A stretch of 64,000 nt of DNA from Lenisia limosa (taxonomy: Eukaryota > Protista > Breviatea), in NCBI GenBank assembly GCA_001655205.1, contig LPNZ01009518.1, forward strand, positions 27,038 through 91,037, read 5' to 3'. The notes under the pieces are model-generated. The model was not told where the DNA came from. It did no database searches and worked only from the letters and a program-made list of their open reading frames with translations. Below, one piece after another: positions 1 to 14,200 of this stretch. How positions within the stretch are numbered: position 1 is the stretch's first letter; the number at the start of each line of letters is the position of its first letter. Both the position numbers and the translations under genes were made by a program.

Positions 1-3000
1 ACTCAGCATTCTTCGCCACAGGTAAGAGAAGCACACCCTCACCACTCCAGAACATCGTGCAGCGAAAGTCATTCAACAGTGGTGGAAAGTCATCAGGATC
101 GAAGTTCATGAAACGAGGGTGCAAGCAGCTATTCTGATTCAGGTTCAGAGCCTTTTTGACTTGACTCCTTTAGCTCTGGTGGCGCGCATGTATGAATGTT
201 GATCTTGCCAGTGAGCTGAAAGTAGCACTTTTTGTTTCAAGGACGAAAAAAGCAGCCAAAGAACGATCCTCAAAGTACGTCATCGTAGAATGCTTCATTT
301 CAGTGTGAACAATGACTCTCAATTGCTAAGGTCTAAATCCCTTGCCAATGCCCTTGCTGAAACCATTGAAGAAGGGAGAAAACAGACACAAGCTGCTCTC
401 TGCGTGCAGCGTGTGTGGCGAAGAAAACGAAAGGAAATGTTAGTATTCCACTGTTCAACTCGTTCACACTCAGGATGGAAAAGGAGCTGGAAGACGACCG
501 CATCATGGAACACTATCATCGAAGGGTGATGGCATATGCTGCTCTACATCCACATGTATGTTGAAACGGCGCCGGATGATCATCCTTTTAATTTGAAATA
601 AGGTTACATTCTAGCTTGTTGCTGAGGCAGAATCTGCGCTTAAAATGATGACATCTCCACGCGATGATCCAAATGCCAGTAAATGTAAGGAGTGCCACTT
701 ACTCACTTGTAGATTCGCTTTCCGAGTCTGGGGCAACACTTCCCAAAACTGCGACCTTCATAGCCTCACGGTCGAACCTCCCACAGTTGGCTGGTCTTTG
801 TTTATTTACATTCAGACCTGGTGCGGACTTGAAGTCTAGTTCTTCAGCGTCATCCTTAACGCCACTCACGTCGGTACTTTCAAAGGAAACTCTTTCAACT
901 CCCTCCAATGCTCATGACTTTAAACAGAAAGAGTTTGCTAATCTTTTGTGGATGCTAACTTTTCAGATTTGAAGCAAGTCTCAGGTACGAGTCCTTCCAT
1001 GGAGAAGTCAATGTATGTTCTATTCATTGCCATTTACTTGGTCAGGATGAAGAATCTGATTTCACTCCTTCACCTATGACTCCGTTCACACCACCTGGTA
1101 TCTTTGAAAGTTGGTGCTAACAGTAATATCAATATTAAATTAGGCACTCCTCTCTCGCTTTATAAAAATAACTAACTTCAACTTAGTAAGCCAAAAAGTC
1201 AGACAATCGGTGTCACCAACAAAGAGGTATTCTTCTAATCATTCCCTCACCCCAATAGTCGGACTGACTCCCCTCTTAATGCTAGCACCTCTGTTTCAAG
1301 ATTGGAAAGGGCTCTGGCATCATCATTGTCATCTAAAAGAGTCCCAATGGACATGTCAGTGTCACGTATGCTGTGCTGCTCTCCTTGCATATTTCACTGT
1401 CTAGGTTCTGTGGCTTTTTCAGACCCGCAGCCAACCAGCAAGCCATCCGTGCTGCCGTCAACGGAAGAAGCGCCAGCCAGTGTTATTTCGCAGCGCCTCG
1501 TCAATGAGCCATCCATTGACGTTTGTTTGCCTCCCGCTTTTACTCTATAGTCTCTCCTGAACTCCAGCTCACTGCATTTCTCTGATGACGATGAGGTAAC
1601 AATAGTTCACATTAATCTCTGTAGAACGTTTTCAGTCAGGTGGCTACTCAAGGGTCGGACCGCGCTCGTCCCAAAGCCAAGGCCTCGAAATCACATGACT
1701 CAAGACCTTCCACTGCCGGTTTGCTCCATTTGTTTCTTAATCACCAAGCTCCGTGTCCTCGAACATCGATGAGCGTCAAGCAACGGCCAAAGACTGCGGC
1801 AGAAGAACACCACGTCAACAGGGCTGACCTGTCACAACTTAACCAGGAATTACGGAGGCGAAGAGTCAACAGACCGACAACTGTAAGGCCTTTTTCTGGT
1901 TCTCACCTATTAGCTGGCTAAAACAGCGTCGTCAAAATCGTCAGTCCTAGTATGATGGTCCTGTTCTGTGCTACTCTTGGATCGTTATTTGAGGATTTCT
2001 TGAGGCAGTCCTTCTCCTTTGGCATGACTAACAGTCTAGGACCAGCCGCCACCAGCCACCTCCCGTCTCCTAGTATCATCATCACCTCAGTTGGTTCACT
2101 TGTAATCATGGATATATTTTGATAGTTTACGATATTTTTATTACCAGAGTGAAGCCTTAGTTATCGCTAAGCATTGTAGCATCCCACCTGCTTCAAGACT
2201 CCCGAAGTCTAACGACCTCCTGGAAACTCTTCCAACTCCGGTTGGGGGGATGGATTCTTTCCTGTTATTTTCTTTTTGGAATGAAATTACAGCCTCACTG
2301 GTATTATGATTACATCACAGCTATAATTGTATTTTCAAAAGTAGTTTTAGTCCTTTCACGCAAATATCTGATACCTCAGTCGTCACCAGTACTCCGCAAA
2401 CCCAATGGAATGTTGCGAACTCCTTCTGCACATGGAACGGTTTGTTCACCTCTTGAAGGCATAGTATTCTTCTTTGAAGGTTATGACTGCTTCAGAGGAC
2501 TGAAGGAAGAGAGCGGCAGAAAAGGCCAGCAACTGCCCATCTGGGAGCCTCACAGAGCAACAAACCCCTTACAGTTGCTGACTTAGAGCCTGTAAGAACT
2601 CACGTTTATTTGACCTTTCAGCTGGCCTTCACAGATTCTTCCATTCAGCGCAGGGATACGCGTTTGCGAAGCTCAGCGTCTTGGTCACGTAATGAACTTG
2701 CTAGTTCCAAATCTGAAGCGGCAACCCGCACCCGGGTCTCTGCAGGAGCTAGACGGCCGAAAACAGCTAGTGTCGTGAACTTCAGTGACAAGGTTTGCGT
2801 GCCAATAGTCTAACTCTTTAGGCTTCCGTGAGTGTTGTTGATTTAGCAAGTGATGATGTTGGTCCGCTATCTCCCAGTGATAAAAGGTGAGAGCAGCCTT
2901 GTGTACGTGCAGTAATGTTTAGTTCGAAATCAATGCCGTCTTTCGGTAAGACCACCATCGAAGCCAGAGTGTCGCGTCTTCGTGTCGCAGCCATTCCAGA

Positions 3001-3106
3001 TGTTCCTGGTTTGTCATCCGCATTGTCTCACTTCAAAGAGCCCGAACCGGTTGTGAGGAGAACTCCAAAAGCCAGGACCAAACGAACCGCCCCGGTCTCT
3101 GCGTAG
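1..3106 (+). CDS. Multi-exon IQ (calmodulin-binding) motif protein with long Ser/Pro/Arg-rich low-complexity tail; 5' partial
   Basis: Manual splicing gives IQ-like segments AKVIQQWWKV, AAILIQ|LWWR and AALCVQRVWRRKRK, separated by GT-AG introns of about 30-55 nt. The last exon matches ORF 2915..3106 and ends in TAG. It may be more than one gene. Confidence 0.6.
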
Positions 3107-3299
3107 GTTTATCAATTTCGTAACAGTTTAGTCCGAAAGAGCCCCAACAGCCCTTGTTTTTCTTAAGTGGACAGAAGTTTTTGTAAATCTCTATTTAAAT
3201 TCTAATTCCATTTTTGTTGTAGATTTTTCGTTTCTTGTGCAGTAAATGTGTTATAGAAGCTGTGTGTTCTTTTATTATTAATGTAATAGGTTGTAGTTA

Positions 3300-5100
3300 T
3301 TAAGCAAGGGTTTCATCGTGAGAAGTGGTAATAAAACAAGACAGAGCTTCTAAAGGTAAAACCATATTTTCCCGTTCTAGAAGTTAAACTGCTTCAAAGT
3401 ACATCCATTGATCAAACATGATACAGGAAAGAAAAGTCTGCTCTTCAGAGTGACGGCTTCCAGCACTTGCAACATCGCTCACAATTCACAAGAGAAAATG
3501 CCTCTAACTTCCTTTATCTGTTCCTTGTAGTCTTGTAACTGATCATCATATTCGTTAACTTGCTGTTGAAGACGTGATCTAAACGATAAGGGGATCAAAA
3601 TACAAAAGCAAACCTCCATCTGACACTTTGCCTTTTTGACCTTCACTGCTGCTATGTTATCATTCATCTTGTCCTATAAGGATAACCAAATCGTATCTTG
3701 ACAATACAAGGTGGCGTTCTTACAGTAAATGATTTGACATTCCTCTTCATCCTTTTGATGGTTATAATGAATGACCCATGTTGAATACAAAAGAAGAATG
3801 ACCGCCAAACTGGGAACAAGGCATCTCTGGTCGCCTCAAAGTCGATCAGCATAAACATTGGCTATTTCGATAATGTGTAAAGAAAAATGTGAAGAGAGCA
3901 GTTAAACTTGAAACAACAATGAAAGCAGTGTATGTGAAGACTCACCAGAGTGAATAAATGCGATAACATGATTGAGTAGGTCCTCGGAATGCTGTTGCGT
4001 CTACCTTCTTTGGCAAAGTATCTGGAAAATGGAGGCCTGGAAAATGAGAATGTGGGCAAAGCAGTGTAGGTGGTCTCACCACAAGGTAAGGACTCTGCCG
4101 TGCAATGTTTAAATACAATTCCCAGTTAACTAAGTGTGACAGTGAGCTGCCACAACCCAATTTCTTTTTTAATGGCATTCTTATCCTTCTGTCCATTGTT
4201 ATAAGTAACACCGGAATCGACAGGCAACGCCTTTCCGTCCTTCTCCCAGTTGTGTATCTGGTCACTTGTCACGGTAAATGACTATCTTTTTGCAACAACT
4301 ACCCCAGTCTACACGAGCTCAAAAGTGTCAGTATAGAAGGAGGACAGCTACCCCAGTCTACACGAGCTCAAAAGTACCAGTATAGAGGGAGGTGATTCCT
4401 GAATATTCCTTTACTTATAGTAGGTATGTCACTGAGAACTGCCACGTCATCAGGTACAAAATCGCTGAAATTTTTTAAGTTTTGTTTACAATTATTTTTA
4501 AACAGTTTTAGAGAGTAATTCTTTTGAATTTTTTACTTCGGTGAAAATTATGTGAAAGTTGACAAAATCCGAGCCAAGTTTGCTTTAAACATGTTCAGTT
4601 TCATCAAGAGTGACGGCTAAGGTGAGCAAATTGGATATGGCTGGTGAAGGAAAACAGTAGGATCAGGTCACGCTAAGCGAACGGAAATAGCGGACATGCC
4701 TGGCACGCAATACTTTGGAAGTGAGTATGGACTGAAGAAGAGTGGAATATCAGTCAGCAGCCTTGTGATATAAAAAAAACAGTGTGTGTCACCTTTACAT
4801 GAGGCTTCGTTTATCATTAAAACACTCAAAACCAGGAAAAACAAAATATCATTACAAGTGATCGTTGACATGAATCCCCTTGTATACTATAATTTTGCTA
4901 TATCATACTACATAATATTTTCTGTTTCTAACGCTTTGAACATGACCTTCTGAAATATGGCCCACATACCAGAACCTGAGTGCTTTTGAGAAGTGACGGG
5001 GGGGGGGGGNNNNNNNNNNCGGAGCTAAAAAGGAAGGGCGCCAGTGGCAAGCCAGTGGCGCCAGATAAGCACCGGTCGCGATGGGTTTTTTGATAACCAT
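3300..5100 (-). CDS. Hypothetical multi-exon protein with a short coiled-coil segment
   Basis: Spliceable exons such as DQIHNWEKDGK...GLWQLTVTLKSLPCGLHFPDTLPKKVDATAFRGPTQSCYRIYSLW and RLQQQVNEYDDQLQDYKEQIKE. Candidate ATG at 5100 and candidate TAA at 3300. No family recognised. Confidence 0.5.
4299..4396. repeat. Two-copy 49-bp tandem duplication
   Basis: CTACCCCAGTCTACACGAGCTCAAAAGT (28 nt) is identical at 4299 and 4348, followed by near-identical CAGTATAGARGGAGG. Confidence 0.9.
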
Positions 5101-5258
5101 GCTGTTGGTAGTGTGAGTGTGCGCCTTCAAGGCAATAGTTTCAATAAGTCAAGAAGTCATTATTATTATTATTATATGAAGAGGGGAGGAACGCGGTTGT
5201 AATCTTGTAATCCCCCCTCCCCTCTTGCAACTTGCTGACTGTGTTGTTCCATTCCGCC

Positions 5259-8162
5259 ATGCGTCAACGCTTGAGTGGTAAGAGGGATGTAAAAAGGATA
5301 TCTTTTTGTAATGTGTGTTTGCCATCATCCTTCTTCCTTTTGTTAGAAAGGACCAATTGTTCAAATCAGTGAATCAGTTGCTTGTTCTTAGGCTTTAGAT
5401 GGCAAAAGAAAACGTAGGCGTCCTGCAGTTCTTAGCTCAAAACTCTCAGTTAGTTGGGATATTTTTTATTAATTTCATTTCCTGTTCTTTTTTGGTGAAC
5501 AGTAGTACTTATTCAAGGTCACAGTATTCAAATCCTGGTTTGTTATATCAGTACTGCTCTTGTCCCAATCTTACATGAAGGTACAATATTAATAAATATC
5601 GGTAGTTCGAGGATTTATCGAGTAATTTAGTCTTTTTAAAAAAACTGAAGTGAAGCACTACTTACATGAGGCATTTTTTTATGGTACACTGTTGATCACT
5701 ACTCGTTTGGTTCAATTGATGGATACTCTATTATAATACTATTGAACATTGTTGTACGCGGTGCATAGCACCGTAGCATAAATCTTCAATCATTTTCTAG
5801 GATTTACAAAGCATCGCACTTGCCCTCACGGAAGATGAGGCCATTGTCAGCGCAGCAGTGTCAGTCTCCGGACTTCACTTCCCTCCCACGGCTCTCCCTC
5901 CCCACTTCCCACACTTCCATGCAGCCGCCACAGCGATTGGGCGGGAGTATCCGGTTTGGCTGTTTACATTGGCCAACACTTTTGAAGAGACTAGGCCACC
6001 GCTGTGACGCGGATGGCTTCGTCAAGGGCTGGATTTCGCCCCGTCCTGGTGTGGTGTTGTTGAGGCACCTAACACCTGTCCAGCACGGAAAAAAGAACGT
6101 AAGTCCCAATACACTATAAATCAACACAGGTTCTTTTCTCATTTAATTTCTTACTTGAGTTGTTTACTTTTCTCTCTCTATATGTATGATTTCATTATTA
6201 CTACTCACTGAGAGCGAAGATGTGGGGCTGCCAAGAAGGTCTTCTCTATTAATAGAAACTTCAGCATCTCGGGTGGAGCTGGTGTTATCTTTTCCTTTTT
6301 CTATTATCCTATTTGGTTTGACGTGGTGCTACCTTTACAGAAAAAATAGAAGAAAGGCTTCATGTTTCTACATATGATATAGTATAGTATATCATAATAT
6401 AGTATATAACGTATAGGATTACTATGATAGAATATGAAATATTATGTATTTTGTTTATTGTTTTAAAAAATGATTGTTTTACCAATATTGTATTAAGAAT
6501 TGTGTTTTTCCTTATTGACTTGATTTTTCTAAACTTTTTGAAAACGTTATATTATAATGAAGTGAATCATGTGTCATAAAATATAGGTATATGTACTATG
6601 GAATAGTTTTCCTGTTTCTTCAAATGAAAATTCCTCACGCAAGAACCTGTTTTATTATTTATTTTAGATGCCAACTTTCTCATATCGAGTTTCGGAGCAG
6701 TGTGAAGCTTTACTCAACCCCCAAGGACCAGCAGTGGCGGACCTCTAAGAAGGGCTTCCACTGCTCCTGTGGTCGTGCTGGTTGCGGGCATCTTCCCGCC
6801 TCTTCCCCCGATGGTTGGACTTGGGAAATGTTATAATAATACAGAGGGACATAAAGATTCAGTTTGACAAAGACATAATTCAAATGCTAGTCTATACCCA
6901 CTCATTCCGCATGATGAACGCTACTAATAGGGGGAATGTATTTGAACGCAGTAGCAGGCATTACCTTGAAGCGCCTTCAGTGGACCCAGTTCCTGCCCCA
7001 GTCACTTCTCAAGCCCCTACTCAACGTTGGACAACAGTTGGAGAGGACATTGTCTTCCTCTTTAGTTCTGACGAAAAAGCTGCTCTCCGCCAATTGGCGA
7101 TGTAAGGTACGTAATTTAGTTCAATTTATATCAATTAACACCTAATTAGTTATCATGCCTTGTGGACTCGGTACTGCAGTTGAGCCACCAGTCGCGTACT
7201 CAGATGTGTACCGCTGCTCTGAAAAGGTCCGTGGATATTGCAATAGATTGTATTGTGACAANNNNNNNNNNNNNNNNNNNNNNNNNNNNNNNNNNNNNNN
7301 NNNNNNNNNNNNNNNNNNNNNNNNNNNNNNNNNNNTTACCCAATAGTGTTTTTGCAGAAAATGAGATATTGTTTCGAATTTTGGAGTTTTTTTTATTTTT
7401 TTAGAGAATACGCACTTGGTGACCTCGATGATGCCCTTCGCTCTCTCATCCCCACCTTCACAACCGAAGGAAACCTCCCCCATGCAGTTCAAGCACGTGG
7501 CATGTCTTCCAGTAATTTGCTTGCTGCCGGTGGTGTCGCCAGCTATAACTGCCAAAGTATGTCATCATCGTTTTCCACTGACGTTTGGAGAGTCAAACTG
7601 ACCTCTATTTAGTTAAGCCGTATCAAAATTGCACTAAGTAAGTATGAGCAAATCCCTCCGTCGCCACTTCTCTACGTAAGTATCAGAGTTGATGTGTATC
7701 ATGTGTACAATGTTATCAGTATTATGTATAGTATGAATGATAGATGATTGTGCTGTTGACTGTTTTAGTACAATGCCACTGCGTTTATACGCTTTATTCG
7801 GCACTTTGAGACTGCTGGCCCTGCCCTATCCACTTTCGTTGAGACTCTTGAGGCTCGTTGTGAGGAGTTTAAGGCCTGCTGCTACTACTCACCTGTGGTG
7901 GTGGGTTTCCTTTGTTTTGACATCTGATTTTGCCTGCTTTTTTTGACTAATTTAGGGGCTTCAAAGGTTTCAGGCCTTGAGAGCGGCGTCTTTGACCCAT
8001 CCGCCCCCCTCTCTTCAAAGTCCCCAACATTACTACTGCGGTGCAGACAGTATCATAGAACCAAGTATAATCTTTCAGGCATCATCCCCTTGTGCAAAGC
8101 ACTTCCCCTCAAGCAGCAACCATCAAGGGCAAGCTGCTTGTGACGAAATGTCAGCACGGTGA
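5259..8162 (+). CDS. Hypothetical multi-exon protein, possibly with a helical-repeat segment
   Basis: ATG at 5259 then a GTAAG donor. Exons include DLQSIALALTEDEAIVSAAVSVSGLHFPP, EYALGDLDDALRSLIPTF and NATAFIRFIRHFETAGPALSTFVETLEARCEEF. Last exon ends TGA at 8162. Contains an N-gap; could be two genes. Confidence 0.45.
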
Positions 8163-8292
8163 GGAAAGAAGTAACTTGAAGAAAAGCCTTAATGAAGCAG
8201 AATGCGACCAAAATCAAACTCTACCGTCATAAATATTACTCTTTCTTGTTTTTATTTTTATAGCTGAATTAATTGAGAAGTTCATCATTAGC

Positions 8293-11200
8293 TTACCTTC
8301 GCCGTTCCAATGACGATATCCCAGGACTCAGTAGAGCGGAAATGCTCATGCCATGCAATGAAAGCACCATTGTCACCTCCCAATACCTTGCTGCCCCGGG
8401 TAGGAAAGGGTCTGTTATATCTTTTAACCATGGAAGATGGTTCTTTGATGTTGGTATTTTTGCTCTTCCTTTGTCTCTGCTGATTCTGTCAGATGATACC
8501 ATCAACTTTGTCATGGACTCCTCCTGCGGTGTTGTCGCCACCATGGCTAAGTGGGCTCCGTGGCTCCTCCTCATCACCCTCGCTCGTGTGGACGGCTTCC
8601 ACTTCCGTTTCCCTCAACACTAAGACATCCGTCGCCACCATCACTGCGAAAGGATCTGTATGCTGGTGACAAGGTGCTCCCATTACCAAAAATAATTCAC
8701 TTTATAACAAAACAGTTGGAATTACAGTAGTTGAGGAATGAAGATAGCTGTTTTTGAAATGGTCATTTCGTCAATTATTAACTGACAGAATCTCTAATAA
8801 ATATTTACTAAATATATATTTAGTATATATTAGTTCCTGTTTATGCTGATCCTCTCTCAACTGGTTTAATGACGATATTAGAGTGTCGAAGCCTTAAACC
8901 ACTGGCTTCAGGAGTCTTCAAGTTCACTCTCCTGGATGGGGCCGGTTTGTTTCTTCTGTTTATTTGGTCTGATTAACTATGTAGGAGAACCTCATCAAAC
9001 AGGTGGTCTTCATCATGGCTAAGGCAAACCGCAGTCTCTTCATGCCTTTTGTTTCTTCTTCTTACGCCATAGAACTGAAGCAATGATAATGTTGAGCTGC
9101 TAGCTGGATTTTAATGTGATGTATGTATTTTGTGAGTGATAAAAAAAAGTATAAAATCTCCTTTTTTTTTTTTGTACCTATAGGTTTGGGATTGAGCAAA
9201 TATTTGTTGATTTACAAAGGACATCCCCACATCCAAATGTGGAGGGTACAAAAACAAAAAAAAACNNNNNNNNNNNNNNNNNNNNNNNNNNNNNNNNNNN
9301 NNNNNNNNNNNNNNNNNNNNNNNNNNNNNNNNNNNNNNNNNNNNNNNNNNNGTGTTCAGGACGAAACGATGTTTTTTGAAGGAGTATCATCATTCTCTTG
9401 TAGCTAGACTCATAAAATCCCCCCTACCCCCTTTATCCTTCCCGACTCGTAAATGTGCAATTCTTATGATATTGATAGAAAATACATTGACGTTACACAC
9501 ACAAGGACAGCAGTATACATTCTCCACGATTTACAAAACTAAAGACAAAAGCTTAGCCACAATACATTGGCCAATCCGATTAGTGAATATATGTGAGGTT
9601 CCTGTACGGCACACATGATGGCGGAAGATAGCTTCAGTAACAGTGTTTCCAGTGGTGGTATTCAAGAGCATAGGCCGTTGTGTTCTGCATCCTGAAATCT
9701 GTAGCGCAACTGATTTTCCATTGCCTGTAACTGCTGTCACCTTTTCCTGTATCTGGTGGATAATCAGTGATAGAAGCCAAATTTTCTCAAAGTTATATAT
9801 GATAAAAATATTGACAAACAAAATGGTTAAAAAGAACACAATGAAAAAGAAAGAAGCCGAATTTACAACACCAACCTCTTTTATGAGGTTTTCCGATTCA
9901 TCTGGTATCTGGCAGTCTTTTCCAAATGTGAGGCAGCCATCCCAGCGATTTTCAACCTATTAATAATTATAAATGAAGACAAAGTTACAGTCATACTCTC
10001 AGAAAACGTGCAGTTATTGCAACTTCTCCTTCAAATTTTAAAACATACAGTGAAGAGCTATTTTTTGCCAGAGCCGGATTGTTAGTTTTATAATTCTAAG
10101 TTTGTTAAATAACATGATAATATTACCTGTCCAATCTCAAGTGTAGGTCGTCTTTTAGAGGTCGTATGGGAGATAAGATTGATGATACCACTTTTCACAA
10201 AGATCTAGAGAGAATCAACGGAAAACAAAAATCAACTTACAGCAGGGGGTAAAATAGATGTATCAACATTTAATATGGAATGGATCAGATCTATAGACGA
10301 GTCAAAAATAAAAAAAAGTCTCACCAGGAGCAGTTAAAGTGCCTAAAATGTGCTGCGTCATGTTGGAATTACCTATTCTTGAAACCAATTTTTGAAGTTC
10401 TTCACTGGTTAAATTGATGGTTGGGTCCTGATAACGGTAAGGCTGCATAATTACAAACCTCTAAATTTACTAGCTTATCCAAAAGAGATTTATTTACTTC
10501 TAGGTTGTGACACGCTTCAATATGCTTCAAAAAGACATTATCAAGAGCAAATACGTTGTTCTCTATCCTGTAGTACAACTTTTGGTTGACACGGATACGC
10601 TCTGATAGGTTAGCAATTACATGACCATTAAAACAGGGATTCAAATGGGAAATTTGTCTTTAATATCAGTTTAATTTTCAAAGCCTTTCTTGGAGCGATA
10701 TAATAGTATATCATATGATATGCATATTATTAGACTTTGTTTTGATAATGGGTCTTTTGTCTCTTTCGGGAAAGGAGTAAAAGAGGCAAAAGTGGCGTGA
10801 ATCAAAATTAATATGACGCGGAAAAAAGTATAACGTACTTTGGAAAACCGAACCAACTTTCCATTTGGAACCCTGCTTTAAAATACATAATGAACGTGGT
10901 AGGTCTTGACCAGAAGAGAAATCTGATCCAGTCAACACATACCACGGTCATGGTGTACTATATCATTGAATATGTAAGAATAAAACAATCAAAGCACAAG
11001 TGTCAATGGACTAAAATGCACTCAGCATTACCCTCGTGTTAGCTTCTTTACCAATTACCCATTTCGACTAGAAAGGTAATATATTGGATACCATGTCAAT
11101 TTTATTTAAAAAAAGGCTGTTTCATCGAAAAAGAGCAAAGAGTCGTCAGACAATCCTTTCATAATAATGAAGAACAATGAGTCATCCTGCTACACTTCCA

Positions 11201-14200
11201 TAGTTATGAAAAGAACAATGAGTCATAATATAACTTTTTGTCTCATTTTCACGCGTCTGAACTGTCATAGAAATGAAGTACTATAAGCTATCATGCTAAA
11301 TGCCATCGACATGAAAAAAACAATTAACAATCATATCACACTTTCAGATTAAGAAGAATCTTGAGTCATGATACCACACTTTGATAGATATGAAGAAAAC
11401 CAGTCATTTTTTGCACTTTCGAAATGAGGAATATCATACTTGCAGTCATTACCACTTTCTTTATTTAAAAATTGTCAATAGGTTAACCCGTATATAATAT
11501 ATCATTGAGACCTTTCGGTCAATTATCATACGAGTGGATATGAGGGATCATATCACTTCGTGATAGTAAATGCCTGTGAAAATGATTCAAAAAGTGATGT
11601 GGTTGTTTTTGGGCAAAATGGATATTCCAAAAAGTCCACTTTCATGAAATATCCAATTTGTCCAAAAAGTCCACTTAAATACCAAGATCCAACACAAACA
11701 TTTACAACAGGTCAATTCTAAGGCCTCGGATTATCTCTAGCATACTTTAAACACATTTTCCTTTAACTGCATTATCGAATCTCATTTATCACCAAACGGT
11801 TGATGTTTTTATTTGGCACATATGATGTATAAGGATGTTCTCAGGCCTAACTGTATACTACGGTACTTGAGCGCCTGGGGAGATAATCTTCTCCCTTCTG
11901 TATTTAGACAAGAATAAAATGAAGCAGGTCGTATCCTTTTGATGCTGAATACTTTATTTGAAAAATTGAAAGACACTGGCTGGCTTGTAATGTTTATCAA
12001 CCTGCTTCAGGCAAAAAATGACGTGTCATTGTTTTAAAACGGGTCAACAGCGTATTATTTTTTGTTTCTGGTTCTTATTATCGTAGATAACTCGGTCATA
12101 GAGTCAATAAACTGCTGCCCATTTCCAGAGCTTCTTGGAGATAATCCATATTGAAAAGGTCCCCTTTTATAGTATATAGTTTAATATAATATACATGTAT
12201 GCTATTGCAATGAGAAATAAAAAATAAGGCTGCATCTGGCTGAAGCCGTCCACACNNNNNNNNNNTCTGTGCACACAGCTTTCTGCGTGCCTCCCTAGTA
12301 TACCGACAAAGGTACAATAGCCCCTGTATAATAACCCATGTAGGCCCTCCTAAATCCGTCTTATGCCACAGATTCAGGAGGTACCAGAGAGTTAGAATTG
12401 CAGACATCAGAGGCTTTATAGAAAAATATTCATAAATATTGAAACGTCCTCAAAGGAGAACAGATTATAAGGGGCTCAATAGAAGGAAAAGGTCACAGGT
12501 GGAAGATCCCTTAGTCTATGAGGCCGGTGAGGTTGCTTAGGACAAGAGTCCTCAGTTTCATCATATACAATATATAGTACACTGTCCATGGTAAATCTTG
12601 GCCGAAATGAATCAGATTTCCCTTCGGAAAATCGGTCAAGATTCATCATGGTCAATGAATATTATATCATACACAGTATAATACAGTCATATAATTGTTA
12701 ATCCATCTGAAAAAGGAATAAGTTATTTGGCTTATTGCATTAGATCACAGGAAAACATTCAGAATTTGAGACCATTATATCAACTCGCATGAAAATTGAT
12801 AACCAAATCTCTCTGAATAATCAACCCCAGCAACCATATATCGCAGTTTTTAAATGATAATTCGAGATAAAATTGTTGGATTGGTTCTATCATTACCTTT
12901 AAAATATGACAATTCGGTGCCTGATGTTAAAATGCAAAAGTATCGCACATCTGATACGTCTCCAATGTAAGCTAGGGAGTGAAAAACATAATCAGGTTAG
13001 ATTCATCATCTGGTACGCTTCCCCCACATGGCAGAATGGCATGCTCTGAATGTGCCAGAACTATCGCATTAACCGGAAAAGGGTCATACAGTCTTGCAGT
13101 CAATGGGTCCCATTCATATTCTTCATTCTAAACAGTTGTGAGAAGTATTAATGGTCGCGTATACCAAAGCAGCATTTTGATGAATTATTTGGTTAATTTC
13201 TTCCTTTGTCAGGTCAAGAAGAGTTTTATCAGCAGGAAGCGTCACTTCTAAACATGTAACACCCAATCTACGACAAACCTCTAGAAGCAACCTTATTAAT
13301 TAAATACTGCATTGTCGTGTATTCAATTAGATCGGGTGGTTCCATTCCGAGTTGATGAGAACTGCTTGATGTTGCAAACAAGGTTTGTGCGTCAACTATC
13401 TCTTGTGACCACTCTAAGCCCACAGAACAAGAAGATATCAGTTGTCCAGAAGGTAAAACTCCAGAAAATGAGAAAGCCATCAACGGCATTCCGCTAAGTT
13501 TGCAAGCAGCATTATGCTCATGAAGCTATATACATATGTGAATAGATGAAGCAGGATAAAGCTCACCTTTTGTAAAAGAGATGCAATAGTATCAGTAAAT
13601 GATCGAGAGAGGGAACTTGAGTCTCTACCAAACCCAGTCTTTCTTTTCAAGACAGACAGTAAAGCTACAGCTGTTAAAACAAAAATAATGAAGTGTCAGC
13701 ACCTCTAGCCGGATCTGAACCTCTAACACAATTGAAAATGCGTGCAGTTTTAGTGTCTGCAAATTAAGAAATGGGCTATCTACCTTGGGTACAAAGTACT
13801 TTAAAGACAACATACCGATTTTTCCGTAATAGACACAGTCTGCTAGCTGATAACTGAAGTCCTCGATGACATCTGTGTGTTACCAATATCTTGATAGTGA
13901 TACAAACCAATGGTAGTCTTTTGCCGATACGATTTGAATCTGCTCCTGATGTTTTGATAATAATCGATATTGCTTGAATTTCGGATATCTCTATTATAAA
14001 TACATGGTTAGCTTCATACCCGAGTTTGACTTGAATGTAGACGCTTCTAAGCAGTGACATTAGAAATAAATAATGATGAATATCCATCATTATATATACT
14101 AGGGAGGTTGTAATGTACTGTTGAGATATAGCCAAGCTAACCAGAAAGAATTTTTCTAAAATCAGGAGAAATCTGTCTGGTAATCTGAATATATAAGAGC

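Noticed and set aside
5115-5292. Possible U12-type AT-AC intron on the minus strand (ATATCCTTTT ... GCCTTGAA ... AC) that would splice in frame
   Set aside because: The branch site is imperfect, the segment overlaps a plausible plus-strand first exon with a strong GTAAG donor, and there is no homology support. RNA-seq would settle it.
4000-5930. Both divergent orphan genes contain GLHFP followed by a loosely similar ATA segment, suggesting paralogy
   Set aside because: Only five identical residues and no extendable alignment by eye; compatible with chance.
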